The notes under the pieces are model-generated. The model had not been told where the DNA came from. It saw only the letters and a list, made by a program, of their open reading frames with translations, and searched no databases. The position numbers and the translations under genes are program-made. Shown piece after piece: positions 17,410 to 26,062 of a DNA stretch of 64,000 nt. Source of the stretch: a virus; the IMG/VR virus record IMGVR_UViG_3300046781_000054, positions 28,059 through 92,058 of that record; one strand, given 5' to 3'. Numbering within the stretch: position 1 is the stretch's first letter; the number at the start of each line of letters is the position of its first letter.

Positions 17410-18129
17410 TCAGGTGGTGTCGTCGTCTTCGGATTCGTCGGCGCCCGGGTCGGGGTTCATCTTGTCCCAGGCCCATCCTGCGCCGAGCAGGAGCGGGCTG
17501 ACGACAAGCATGGCACCGCCGGCGTCCTCCAGGAGTTCCTTGGCCATCTCGCTCTCGACCTGGGCCTGTACCAGCACGGTGAAGACGAGGATGGCCCAGA
17601 AGGCGATGAACAGCTTCTTCTGCGCGGCCCAGGACAGGCCGGCGGGCTGGGAGGAGGCGAACGTGCGCGCGGTGTCGGCGAGCGTGTCGAGGAGTTCCTC
17701 ATCCAGGTCGCCGGTGGTGTCGTCGACGTGGGCGGTGGCCTCGTCGACAACCCGTCGGGCCCACTCGCGCTGTTCGGCCGGCAGGGCGTCGAACGGGGAG
17801 GCGAGGACAGCGTCAACGTTCAGGCGGGAGACGTCCAGACGGAAGCCGTCGGTGTATCCGGCTGCCATGGCGCTCGCGGAGAAGGCCCTGGCAGCCTGGA
17901 CGAACTGTTCGTTGCGTGCGGCGATGGCCGGGGCCATGGTGCGGGCGAACTGCTCGGCGTACCGGTTCGCGGTGCGCCGGGAGTGGCTGTGGACCGCGGC
18001 GGCGAACTCCTCGCTCTGGCGGCGCATGCGCTCCAGGGCGGGGCTGTCGATGATGGCGTCGGCCAGGCGGCGGGCCATCTCCTGGACGGGATCGGATCTG
18101 TAGGGCTGGGACATGCGGTACATCCTCAC
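17410..18129 (-). CDS. Hypothetical membrane protein (two C-terminal TM helices)
   Basis: Codon bias, hydrophobic segments. Confidence 0.75.
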   Translation of the reverse strand: MRMYRMSQPYRSDPVQEMARRLADAIIDSPALERMRRQSEEFAAAVHSHSRRTANRYAEQFARTMAPAIAARNEQFVQAARAFSASAMAAGYTDGFRLDVSRLNVDAVLASPFDALPAEQREWARRVVDEATAHVDDTTGDLDEELLDTLADTARTFASSQPAGLSWAAQKKLFIAFWAILVFTVLVQAQVESEMAKELLEDAGGAMLVVSPLLLGAGWAWDKMNPDPGADESEDDDTT

Positions 18130-18180
18130 GGAAGGCGGGCCCCGGCCGGAAGCCGATCACTGAATCTCGCGGCTCAACAC

Positions 18181-18382
18181 GGGGTGCCGTTAACGAGCGG
18201 CTCCCCAAGTGACAAGTAGCTCTGCGTGATTGGCGGGAGCGCCAGTGAGCTGCATCGTTCACGGAGCGGAGTCGTAGCTCCGGAGGTCCGGTCCAGACCT
18301 CTCCTCGGATCAAGATCACGAAGCGCTGACCTGGTCTTTTTCGCTACTTGTCACTTCGTTCGCTGTTCGTTAGCGGCACCCC
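18181..18382 (+). ncRNA. Candidate ~200-nt structured ncRNA (long rod topped by a multi-hairpin junction)
   Basis: 21-bp outer stem with three G-U pairs, 14-bp perfect stem 18207-18220/18343-18356, four inner hairpins. Confidence 0.6.
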
Positions 18383-18486
18383 AACACGCAGGGGGATGGC
18401 GCTCCAGCGCACTCGCCACATCCGTCGTAGCGTGCAGTCAGAAGCACCCCGGGGGGCACGGATCCCCTCTTCAGCCCCATGATCAC

Positions 18487-18613
18487 AATTCTTACGAACC
18501 CTCACACGCCCCTACCCACCAGGAGAAGCAGCGCGCGCATCGCCCCGCACTCTTCCCCGGACAGAACCCACCACCGCGCCTGGACGGTCGGGCCTTGAGG
18601 GTTCGTAATAATT
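18487..18613. repeat. 18-bp inverted repeat pair AATT(C/A)TTACGAACCCTCA
   Basis: Arms at 18487-18504 and 18596-18613, 1 mismatch, just upstream of the recombinase-like gene. Confidence 0.75.
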
Positions 18614-18648
18614 GATCTCCCGTATGATCACCGGGCACTATAAGAGCC

Positions 18649-19500
18649 ATGAACCCCCGCGACCTGCTCGAAGCCTGGCTCACCGGTGGCACCCTGCGCC
18701 CCTCCACCGTCGGCCGCTACCAGCCGCAGGTCGACTCCTGGCTCACCTGGTGCGAGACCACCGGCACCGACCCCTACAACGTCACCATCCACGATGTCGC
18801 CGCCTGGTCCGCCGAACGCCTCGCCCCCCACCTCGACGGCCGCAGCTTCAACGGACCCGCCGACCTCGCCTGGCTCACCGAGAACGCACCCGACATCGCC
18901 GGCACCCACGACGGCTACATCACCGCCCTCACCGGCTACTACAAAGCCGCCCACGACCGTCGCCTCATCACCGGCCCACCCGACCTCGGCGAACTCCGCT
19001 CCGGCATCGACCGCGACGCGAACACCCCCAAGAAGCTCGACCCACGGGAGAAGGCCGCCCTGATGGCGTGCATCGGCATGTGGGGTCCCGACCAGGCCCG
19101 CCACTACCGCCGCGACCGCCTCCTCGCCTACCTGCTGCTGGAGCGGATGCGCCCCGGCGAGATCGTCCGCCTCGACGCCCGCCACCTCCAGGAGCAGTCC
19201 GACGGCGGCTACGAGGTCCGCGCCCCCGACTACGAGTTCGAGGCCCTCGGCAAGCAGTTCACCCTGGACCCGCTCACCGGCGCCGCCCTGCGCGACTACC
19301 TGCCCCACCGACCCACACCCGCACCCGGCGCCTACGAGCTGATCCTCGGCCAGGGCGGTCGGCCGCTGAACTCCCGCCAGCCCAACGTCATCGTCCGCGG
19401 CATCTGCGACATGCACCCCCTCCTCGCCACCCGCGAACCACCCGTCACCGCCGACACCATCGCCCACACCGGGCTCTGGGACACCCCCGAAGGCAGCTGA
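18649..19500 (+). CDS. Tyrosine-recombinase-like protein lacking the C-terminal catalytic residues
   Basis: Core-binding (SAM-like) N-terminus, RDRLL...RMRPGEIVRL; ends at TADTIAH with no HxxR/H/Y. Confidence 0.7.
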   Translation: MNPRDLLEAWLTGGTLRPSTVGRYQPQVDSWLTWCETTGTDPYNVTIHDVAAWSAERLAPHLDGRSFNGPADLAWLTENAPDIAGTHDGYITALTGYYKAAHDRRLITGPPDLGELRSGIDRDANTPKKLDPREKAALMACIGMWGPDQARHYRRDRLLAYLLLERMRPGEIVRLDARHLQEQSDGGYEVRAPDYEFEALGKQFTLDPLTGAALRDYLPHRPTPAPGAYELILGQGGRPLNSRQPNVIVRGICDMHPLLATREPPVTADTIAHTGLWDTPEGS

Positions 19501-19597
19501 CTACAGCACGCGGCGTACTCCCTGACCGATTCACCTCATCGGTGGAGTCCGGTGTTCCGCAGGAACCTTGTTGGCCCGCTTCCATGTTGGTCAGGGT

Positions 19598-19745
19598 TGC
19601 CCGGGACGGCCCGCAGATACCAAGGTTGCGCGGCTAACAGCCCCTCAGACACTCTCTGAGTCCTGGGCATTCGCCCACCTGCACAGCGGAGCTTCCACCC
19701 GACAGATGCCTGGCCGGGCGTCGGGCGGAGCCCCCTGCGCGGATC
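19598..19745 (+). promoter_or_regulatory. Structured 5' leader / ncRNA candidate
   Basis: 10-bp stem 19598-19607/19660-19669 closing three hairpins; second hairpin domain ~19680-19740. Confidence 0.45.
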
Positions 19746-19771
19746 TCACACGATGACGAGGGAGACCTGCC

Positions 19772-19939
19772 ATGAACGGTAGCAACGACGAACACCTGGA
19801 CAAGCCCGGAAAGCGGCCCGCCCGCCTGTGGCGGCGCCTGCGGACCTGGCAGTTGCAGCAGCAGCTGGCCCGCGGGCTGGCGTACGGCGTCGGCTCGGGG
19901 GCGGTGAGCCTGCTCCTGCTGTGGGTGCAGTCCCGGTAG
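19772..19939 (+). CDS. Small membrane protein (55 aa)
   Basis: GAGGGAG RBS; basic segment then C-terminal TM helix (GLAYGVGSGAVSLLLLWV). Confidence 0.65.
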   Translation: MNGSNDEHLDKPGKRPARLWRRLRTWQLQQQLARGLAYGVGSGAVSLLLLWVQSR

Positions 19940-20085
19940 GCGGCGCGGACAGGGTGGGCGGTGCTGGTCAGTGCTGCGCCAGCACCGCCCACCTGGGCCG
20001 CACGCGGATCGTTAGCCGCCGATCCAACGCACGGTCGGCGTGGCACGGATAGGATCCCGGCCACGCCTACAAGGGGGACACCGCA

Positions 20086-20325
20086 ATGCCGCGCGCCAAG
20101 ACCACCCAGCCCGACGCGTCGGAGACCTCCGCGGTCGATCCGGGCTTGCAGAAGCTCATCGCCGTGTTCGCCATGGGCATCGTCGGAACCGTGGTCGGCA
20201 CCGCCCTGTACGGGTCCGACAAGCACAGTGAGCGGGCGTTCCGTCTCGTGGAGTGGTTGAGGCGGAGGCCGGACCTGGAGGCGGAGCCTGACGGACGCCG
20301 GACGCCGCGGGCGAAGCGCCGCTGA
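20086..20325 (+). CDS. Small membrane protein
   Basis: AAGGGG RBS; central TM helix. Confidence 0.65.
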   Translation: MPRAKTTQPDASETSAVDPGLQKLIAVFAMGIVGTVVGTALYGSDKHSERAFRLVEWLRRRPDLEAEPDGRRTPRAKRR

Positions 20326-20332
20326 ACTCGCG

Positions 20333-21424
20333 TCAGACGAACTTGTCGACGAGGTGGTCGTACACCGCGACCGCGGCCGCCGCGTGCGCAGCCTTGCGGG
20401 CCCCAGAGTCGCGCCGGCGGATGTATCGCAGCGTGGTCTCGATCGCGGCATGATCGGCGTACTCCTGAATCTCCTCCACGGGCACCTTCGCGTCGTGCAT
20501 GTGGGTCAGCTTGGAGGCGCGCAGCACGTGCGGAGTCAGGTCGCGGCCGGACAGGACGAGGGCCTGCTTGCCGAGGCGGGTGAGCAGGTAGTCGACATCG
20601 TGGCGGGACATCGCCTTGTCGGCGTCGTTGAGGAGGAGCGGGCCTTCGGTGCGGCCGACGGTGGCGACGTCGATGAGCTGGGCGAGCCGATCCGGGAGCG
20701 TCCAGACGCGGCCCTTGCCGCCCTTCCTGCGCAGGTCCAACAGGCGTACGCCGTCATAGTCCTTGAGCTGGCCGAGGGTGGCGGCGCAGCACTCGGAGAC
20801 GCGGCCGGCGAGCGTGTAGATGAGGACCGGGACGACGGCTTCCCGCGCGGTGGCGGCGGCTTCGATGACGCGTTGCAGTTCGGGGACTTCAAGGATGGGT
20901 GTGGCGGTGGTTTCGTCGTGGGGGTCGACCTTGGGCCGGTCGTGCTTGGTGACCGGGGAGACGACGGTGTGGTCCTTGGTCTTCCACTTGGCGTACTCGG
21001 ACAGTGCGGTGAGGACGGACAGGCGGCGGTTGATGGTGCGCGGCGCTTTACCTTTGGCTTTCTGGACTTTGGTCCAGGTCTCGATGATGCCGGGGGTGAT
21101 GGCGCCGACGAAGAAGCGGTCGTGGCCGCCCAACTCCCGTGCGACGCCTGCCCAGAGGCGGATGTCGTCGGCGTAGGCCTGCTTGCTGGTGGTGGCGGGG
21201 ACGGCTTCGGAGCCGAGCCATGAGGTGATGAGGAGGAAGGTGTCGCGGTCGCAGAGTTCAGCGAGGAGTTCGAGGCGCCAGCGGCGTTCGCCGAGGCGTC
21301 GGGTGCGGGGGTTGCGGGGTGCAACGGTGCCGAGGATGTCGCGGAGGTAGTAGAAGGCTTCCTCGGCGGCGCCAGGCTGGGCAAGTTCGGCGCGGGGTCT
21401 CGCGGAGAGGTCGTGCTCGGTCAC
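20333..21424 (-). CDS. Tyrosine recombinase (XerC/D-like resolvase or integrase), complete active site
   Basis: R (AGRVSE), K (RKGGK), HVLR, H (ADHAA), Y (TTLRY). Confidence 0.9.
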   Translation of the reverse strand: MTEHDLSARPRAELAQPGAAEEAFYYLRDILGTVAPRNPRTRRLGERRWRLELLAELCDRDTFLLITSWLGSEAVPATTSKQAYADDIRLWAGVARELGGHDRFFVGAITPGIIETWTKVQKAKGKAPRTINRRLSVLTALSEYAKWKTKDHTVVSPVTKHDRPKVDPHDETTATPILEVPELQRVIEAAATAREAVVPVLIYTLAGRVSECCAATLGQLKDYDGVRLLDLRRKGGKGRVWTLPDRLAQLIDVATVGRTEGPLLLNDADKAMSRHDVDYLLTRLGKQALVLSGRDLTPHVLRASKLTHMHDAKVPVEEIQEYADHAAIETTLRYIRRRDSGARKAAHAAAAVAVYDHLVDKFV

Positions 21425-21735
21425 GGACGCCAGCCCGGGTGATAGTTCGGGTGTGTCTCGAACCGGCTGCCCAGCTTCCTGGCGGTGAACAGCAGGCCGT
21501 CGATGTACGCCCGCGCCTTACCCATGAGGACGGCCGCGTCCAACTCGTCGAGGATCTCCTCTTGGACGTCGATGCTCGCAACGGCTTGTTCGGCTTGCTT
21601 CAGGGGAAGCTTGTGGGCTTCGGCCCGCTGTTCGGCGAATCGCTTCCGGAGGAAGGTGGTGAGGTCGTCCACGTTGGATGGCCCGGACGCGGCGATGATG
21701 CCGCTGATGACGCGTGCCTCAAGGTCTGCGTTCAT
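21421..21735 (-). CDS. Hypothetical protein with DUF6221-like C-terminus (HPNYHPGWRP)
   Basis: GTGA coupling to the recombinase. Confidence 0.7.
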   Translation of the reverse strand: MNADLEARVISGIIAASGPSNVDDLTTFLRKRFAEQRAEAHKLPLKQAEQAVASIDVQEEILDELDAAVLMGKARAYIDGLLFTARKLGSRFETHPNYHPGWRP

Positions 21736-21764
21736 GATCCCATCCTAGTCGTTCTTAACCCACG

Positions 21765-22427
21765 TTAAGCGGGTGCCGGTGCGGTCTTCTCCCGGATGCG
21801 GCGGACGATGGTCGGACGGGCCACGCCGAACGAAGTGGCGAGGCTGCCGATCGACTCGCCGTCCCGGTGGCGGCGGCGGATCTCCTCGTCGGGCAGGTCC
21901 ATCCTGCGGTGTCCAAGCGGGACCTTGGCGCCGCCCTCGGCCAGGCGGCGGGAGATCAGGGCGGGAGCGACATCGAGGTCTGCCGCGATCTGCTGGATCT
22001 CCTGCCGCTCGTCGCGGTAGCGGCGGACGATCTCCTGTGTAGGGACCGGGAGTTCAATGCGGCGCGTGGTGCGGCGCTTCACGTCGTGGCGCTTCATCAC
22101 GTTGATGATCGTGGTTTTGCTGCACCCGTACCGTTCGCCGATGACACGTGTCGGCTCCCCTGCCCGGTAGCTGGCGATGACCTCTGCTGCGGGCAGGGTG
22201 CGCACGAGGGGTTCGTCGGCCGGAGGCAGTGTGTGGCGTCCTGATGTGGCGCCGCGGGCGACTCGGGAGACCTGGGCACGGCTGAGTCCGGTAGCGCGGA
22301 CGATCTCGGCTTGCCTTACGCCATCTCGGACGGCGGCGCGGATGGCGTCGTGCAGCGCACTGGTGGTTGGACGGTTGGCGGCCCGGCGAACTTCCTTGAG
22401 TGCGTCCGGAGTTGGGGCGTGGGTCAT
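21765..22427 (-). CDS. Protein with four tandem HTH motifs; probably leaderless
   Basis: Four Hin/TrpR-like HTH repeats; ATG 22427 lies 6 nt after the -10 of the motif promoter. Confidence 0.75.
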   Translation of the reverse strand: MTHAPTPDALKEVRRAANRPTTSALHDAIRAAVRDGVRQAEIVRATGLSRAQVSRVARGATSGRHTLPPADEPLVRTLPAAEVIASYRAGEPTRVIGERYGCSKTTIINVMKRHDVKRRTTRRIELPVPTQEIVRRYRDERQEIQQIAADLDVAPALISRRLAEGGAKVPLGHRRMDLPDEEIRRRHRDGESIGSLATSFGVARPTIVRRIREKTAPAPA

Positions 22428-22433
22428 GCGAAT

Positions 22434-22471
22434 AGCGTGGCACGGTTCCGCAGAAGTGTTCCCCCCGCTCC
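22434..22471 (-). promoter_or_regulatory. Element-specific promoter GGAGCGGGGGGAACA-N17-CACGCT
   Basis: 8-copy motif family. Confidence 0.65.
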
Positions 22472-22499
22472 ACCCGAGGGAGCACCCCGCGGAAATGAC

Positions 22500-22703
22500 T
22501 GTGGCCCCTCCGCCAAGAGGGGCCACTACGCAGTCCGACCGTTCCACCGCACCTGGCCAGAACCATCAGTGAGGAGAGAGTAGCAGGGCGCACTGACAGT
22601 CGGCTGCCTCCGGCGCCCCAGTCTTGAAAGGGCGTCAGATTCTTCGTCAGGAGCGATTCTCCGCTCGGACCCGATCAAGCGGACGGACGTTGCCCCACTT
22701 TCC
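22500..22703 (-). ncRNA. Candidate ~200-nt sRNA
   Basis: Own promoter (TTGGCA-N17-AATCCT), terminal hairpin 22501-22527, no convincing ORF, CU-rich loop. Confidence 0.45.
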
Positions 22704-22704
22704 G

Positions 22705-22761
22705 AATCCAAGGATTTCTTGGATTTCAAGCATTGCCAAGACATTCAAGGATGGCTAAGTT
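22705..22761. promoter_or_regulatory. Back-to-back promoters with palindrome AATCCAAG-GATTT-CTTGGATT
   Basis: Plus: TTGCCA-N17-TAAGTT; minus: TTGGCA-N17-AATCCT. Confidence 0.6.
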
Positions 22762-22793
22762 GGGATCCAACGAAGACTGACAGGAGGCCCGCG

Positions 22794-23027
22794 ATGGCCA
22801 CGTACAACGTTCCGCTCACCGGGTGGGCGAATATCACGGTCACCGTCGAGACCGACGAGACCGACCCCGAGAAGATCGTCGAACTCGCCCAGTACGAGGC
22901 CGGGGTGTCGCTCTGCCACCACTGCGCCAGCAGCACCAACAACTCGCTGGACATCGGCGACGAGTGGACGCCGAGCCGCGACGTGAAGACCGGTGCGCCC
23001 GACATCTACAAGGAGACCAGCAAGTGA
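22794..23027 (+). CDS. Hypothetical protein (CHHC)
   Basis: AGGAGG RBS, ATG 22794. Confidence 0.75.
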   Translation: MATYNVPLTGWANITVTVETDETDPEKIVELAQYEAGVSLCHHCASSTNNSLDIGDEWTPSRDVKTGAPDIYKETSK

Positions 23028-23326
23028 GCACCTCGGCTCAGCCCACCGGCCGCTGCTACTGCGGCTGCGGCAAGACCGTCGGCTACGGCCGGTACTTCGC
23101 CGCCGGGCACGACAAGACCGCCGAGGCCGCGTTCCTCGCCATCCACCACGACGCATCCGTCGCGCAGATGCTCCACGCGCACGGCTACGGGCCCGACGAC
23201 GACAAGTCGGTTACCAAGGCGGCCGTGGACAAGGGGCTTTGGCTGGACTGCCCGCTCGGCTGCGGGTACCGGGGCGCGCGGGAGAGCATCAACAACCACG
23301 TCAACCGGCACCACCGCGAGAATTGA
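23024..23326 (+). CDS. Zinc-binding hypothetical protein (CYCGCG...F..GHD; C-terminal CxxxC/HxxxH)
   Basis: GTGA coupling, AGGAG RBS. Confidence 0.75.
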   Translation: MSTSAQPTGRCYCGCGKTVGYGRYFAAGHDKTAEAAFLAIHHDASVAQMLHAHGYGPDDDKSVTKAAVDKGLWLDCPLGCGYRGARESINNHVNRHHREN

Positions 23327-23337
23327 GGACAACGCCC

Positions 23338-23547
23338 ATGCCCAACGAGGACAGCATGTTCGCCGTTTCGAAGATCGCCGATGGTGCCATTGAGTCCGGC
23401 ACCATCGACCCCACCGACCCGATGTACGTCCACACACTGATCGTGTGGGCCCTCAAGAAGATCGGCATGTCACCGGAGGAAGCCGCCAGGTACGCAACCG
23501 CCCACCAAGAGCAGGCCGTCGAAGCCCACCTGACCGCCGAGAAGTGA
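23338..23547 (+). CDS. Hypothetical protein
   Basis: GAGG RBS, ATG 23338. Confidence 0.65.
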   Translation: MPNEDSMFAVSKIADGAIESGTIDPTDPMYVHTLIVWALKKIGMSPEEAARYATAHQEQAVEAHLTAEK

Positions 23548-23554
23548 GGACGTC

Positions 23555-24307
23555 TTGCCGTTCTGGAAGAAGAAGCCCACGAAGTCACGGGACGATGAGC
23601 TGCGGGCGGCCCTGTACGCAGCGAACCCGGCGCTAGCCGCCGAGGTCGACCGGGGTCGCGAACGCCGTGCCGCGTCCGACGAGCTGCACGCTCACGAGAT
23701 TAGCCCCGACGATGCCGCGCTCATCCGCATGATGGGCGGCTCCCAGTGGGGCGACGATGCGTCCTTGACGCTGCCGTCTGGGAAGACCATCACCGGTAGC
23801 GAAGCGCGGCGTTGGCTCAACTCGGACACTGCCGCTGCTCCGTCTGGTAAGCGGGAGTTACGCTCGCCCGCATTCCGTAAGGCCACTCTGGACGAGTACG
23901 TCGCATGGCTGCGGCTTTACCTGGATCAGGGCGGTAGGCCCACCCACTACTACGACTACCCGTTCAGGGGTGAACGGTGGCTGATCGCCGAGCAGGACTT
24001 CACCACCGGCGGCGAGTGCGGCACGTTCTCTGCCGAGATCATCGTCCCTGAGGGCGTCGAGTATCTCGGCGGCGGGCGCGGCCACAACGAGCTCTACTTC
24101 ATGGACGGCGCTCGCCACATCGGCCACGTCGTCCCCGTCTTCGACGACCCCGTCTTCCGCGCCCTTTCCAAGGACGTCCCCATTTTCATCGCGGCGAAGA
24201 AGGCCGAGCGTGCGCAATGGGAGCGGGAACACAAAGCAATGGCCGAGGAGTCTGTCCGGCGCTCGCGGCAGAGCGACTTGGGCCGCTACCTTCGGCCGTC
24301 GGACTGA
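23555..24307 (+). CDS. Hypothetical protein
   Basis: GAGG RBS, TTG start, codon bias. Confidence 0.7.
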   Translation: MPFWKKKPTKSRDDELRAALYAANPALAAEVDRGRERRAASDELHAHEISPDDAALIRMMGGSQWGDDASLTLPSGKTITGSEARRWLNSDTAAAPSGKRELRSPAFRKATLDEYVAWLRLYLDQGGRPTHYYDYPFRGERWLIAEQDFTTGGECGTFSAEIIVPEGVEYLGGGRGHNELYFMDGARHIGHVVPVFDDPVFRALSKDVPIFIAAKKAERAQWEREHKAMAEESVRRSRQSDLGRYLRPSD

Positions 24308-24323
24308 TCCACGCGCATGTAGT

Positions 24324-24357
24324 GGTGCCCCGCCTGAGAGAAGCAGGCGGGGGCACC
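24324..24357. terminator. Bidirectional terminator-like hairpin between convergent operons
   Basis: GGTGCCCCGCCTG/CAGGCGGGGGCACC. Confidence 0.7.
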
Positions 24358-24379
24358 GTCATGCAGCCTACGCGGCCCC

Positions 24380-26035
24380 TCACGCGCCAACGGCGGCCCA
24401 CGGCCCGGCAAAGTCCGTCGCAGTGTTCGACGCCGGGGTGATCGTCGACGGGAGGGACGTCCGGCCCGTCCCGTTGATCGCGAACCGGTACCCGGCCGCC
24501 GACAGGCCCAGACTCGCCGCCACCCCCACCCCCGTCCACCCCGACGCGCGCGTCAACGTCGGCGGCACCGACCCGTTGAACAGCAGCCCCACCCAGTAGA
24601 ACGCCCCGCCCGTCAGCGCCTGTGCCGTGACCGTGGTGGTCTTCAGCCCCGCCGACGTGACGTCCGAGTCCACGGTCGCCGACGCCAGCAGCGTCCCCGC
24701 GCTGTTGTACAGGCCCACGAGGTTCTGCCCCGCCGTCGGCGACGACCCCTGATTGCCCACCCACCAGTACAGCTTCGTCACGTTCACCGCGGCGGCAATG
24801 TTCACCCGCACCAGATACAGGGATCCCGCCGTCACTTGGGTCGAGTTCACGGCCAGGGCCGGGTCGTAGCACCAGGCGGCCGCCCCATGCGAAGCCGGTG
24901 AATCACTGCCGAGCGCGTACCCGCTGACGGCCAGGTTCCCGCTGATGGTGCCGCCCGCCACGGGCAGGGCGCCGATGTCAGCCGCCGTCAGGGCGTCGCC
25001 GCCACCGGTCGCGTGGCTCGTCTTGTGCGTCGTCGGCGTGCGCGAGTTCGTCGTGGACGGGTCGGTGGACCGCAGCGCGATCGTGGCTCCGGCACCGGCA
25101 GCACCCAGCGGGGTCGCGGTCGCCGGGTCCCCGGCCGGCCCCTGCGCTCCGGTGTCACCCTTGTCGCCCTTCGGGCCCTGAGCTCCGGCCGGTCCCGGGT
25201 CGCCTTGCGGGCCGGTCGCCCCGGTGGCGCCAGCCGTGCCGGCCGGGCCCTGAGATCCTGTATCGCCCTTGGGTCCTTGGGCTCCGGTCAGACCGGTGTC
25301 GCCCTTCGGCCCGGTCGCGCCCGTGGCGCCGGTCGCTCCGTCCGCACCAGCCGGGCCCTGGGCGCCAGTGTCGCCCTTCGGGCCTGCGGCTCCTGACGCG
25401 CCGTCCGCGCCTGCGGGTCCCGTCGCGCCGGTGTCACCCTTGGCTCCTGCCGGACCCTCACCACCCGCCGGACCTGCGGCGCCCTGCGGTCCCGCCGGGC
25501 CTGCGGGCCCTTGGGCGCCAGCCGCTCCGGGATCGCCCTTCGGGCCCTTCTGCGCGGCCAGGAACGCCGCCTCGTCCCCCGTGTTGCCCAGGGCCAGCCA
25601 CAGCGCGTACGTCGACTGACCGTCCGTGCCATCGGTCCCGTCAGTCCCGTCGCTGCCTGGGGCGGCCGCCACGTAGACGACAGCCGTCTGCCCCGTCACC
25701 ACGCCCGGGAGTTCGACGCGGATGTCGCCCAGCCAGTACGGGCCACCCGACTCCGGCACCAGGACGTACGTGGTGTTCGGGACGCCCGCGAGGGTGCGGC
25801 CCTCGGTGACCACCCACAGGGTGTCCCCGCCGGGTGAGGCGATGCCCGGGTTCGGCACCAGGTCGCACGTCCAGGCGCCGTCCGTGCCCGGTGTGATGCG
25901 CAGCGGGCGGACAACTTCGCCTTCCACGTCGGCGACGTAACCCACCGCTGGCGTGCCGGTGCCGTCGACCAGAGCCGCGGTCACCTCCACGCGTTCCGGG
26001 TGTGATCCGATCAGCTTGCCAGTCACGGTGGTCAC
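24380..26035 (-). CDS. Collagen-like (Gly-X-Y) fibre / minor tail protein
   Basis: Long GPKGDTGA repeats, HKTSHATGGGDAL motif, beta-rich C-terminal domain. Confidence 0.85.
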   Translation of the reverse strand: MTTVTGKLIGSHPERVEVTAALVDGTGTPAVGYVADVEGEVVRPLRITPGTDGAWTCDLVPNPGIASPGGDTLWVVTEGRTLAGVPNTTYVLVPESGGPYWLGDIRVELPGVVTGQTAVVYVAAAPGSDGTDGTDGTDGQSTYALWLALGNTGDEAAFLAAQKGPKGDPGAAGAQGPAGPAGPQGAAGPAGGEGPAGAKGDTGATGPAGADGASGAAGPKGDTGAQGPAGADGATGATGATGPKGDTGLTGAQGPKGDTGSQGPAGTAGATGATGPQGDPGPAGAQGPKGDKGDTGAQGPAGDPATATPLGAAGAGATIALRSTDPSTTNSRTPTTHKTSHATGGGDALTAADIGALPVAGGTISGNLAVSGYALGSDSPASHGAAAWCYDPALAVNSTQVTAGSLYLVRVNIAAAVNVTKLYWWVGNQGSSPTAGQNLVGLYNSAGTLLASATVDSDVTSAGLKTTTVTAQALTGGAFYWVGLLFNGSVPPTLTRASGWTGVGVAASLGLSAAGYRFAINGTGRTSLPSTITPASNTATDFAGPWAAVGA

Positions 26036-26062
26036 GGTCGTGCTCCCTAGTGTCAGGCCGGG

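Noticed and set aside
18649-19500. Pseudogene call for the short recombinase
   Set aside because: Uninterrupted ORF with normal codon bias and no out-of-frame catalytic remnant seen downstream; left as CDS
19598-19669. 72-nt cloverleaf as a tRNA
   Set aside because: Lacks the T-loop TTCRA, D-loop GG and standard arm lengths; kept only as a structured leader
20333-21424. Prophage boundary (attL/attR) at the tyrosine recombinase
   Set aside because: Element-type genes continue on both sides; no host genes or tRNA target nearby
25130-25660. Tandem DNA repeats in the collagen-like gene
   Set aside because: Explained by Gly-X-Y protein repeats with varied synonymous codons
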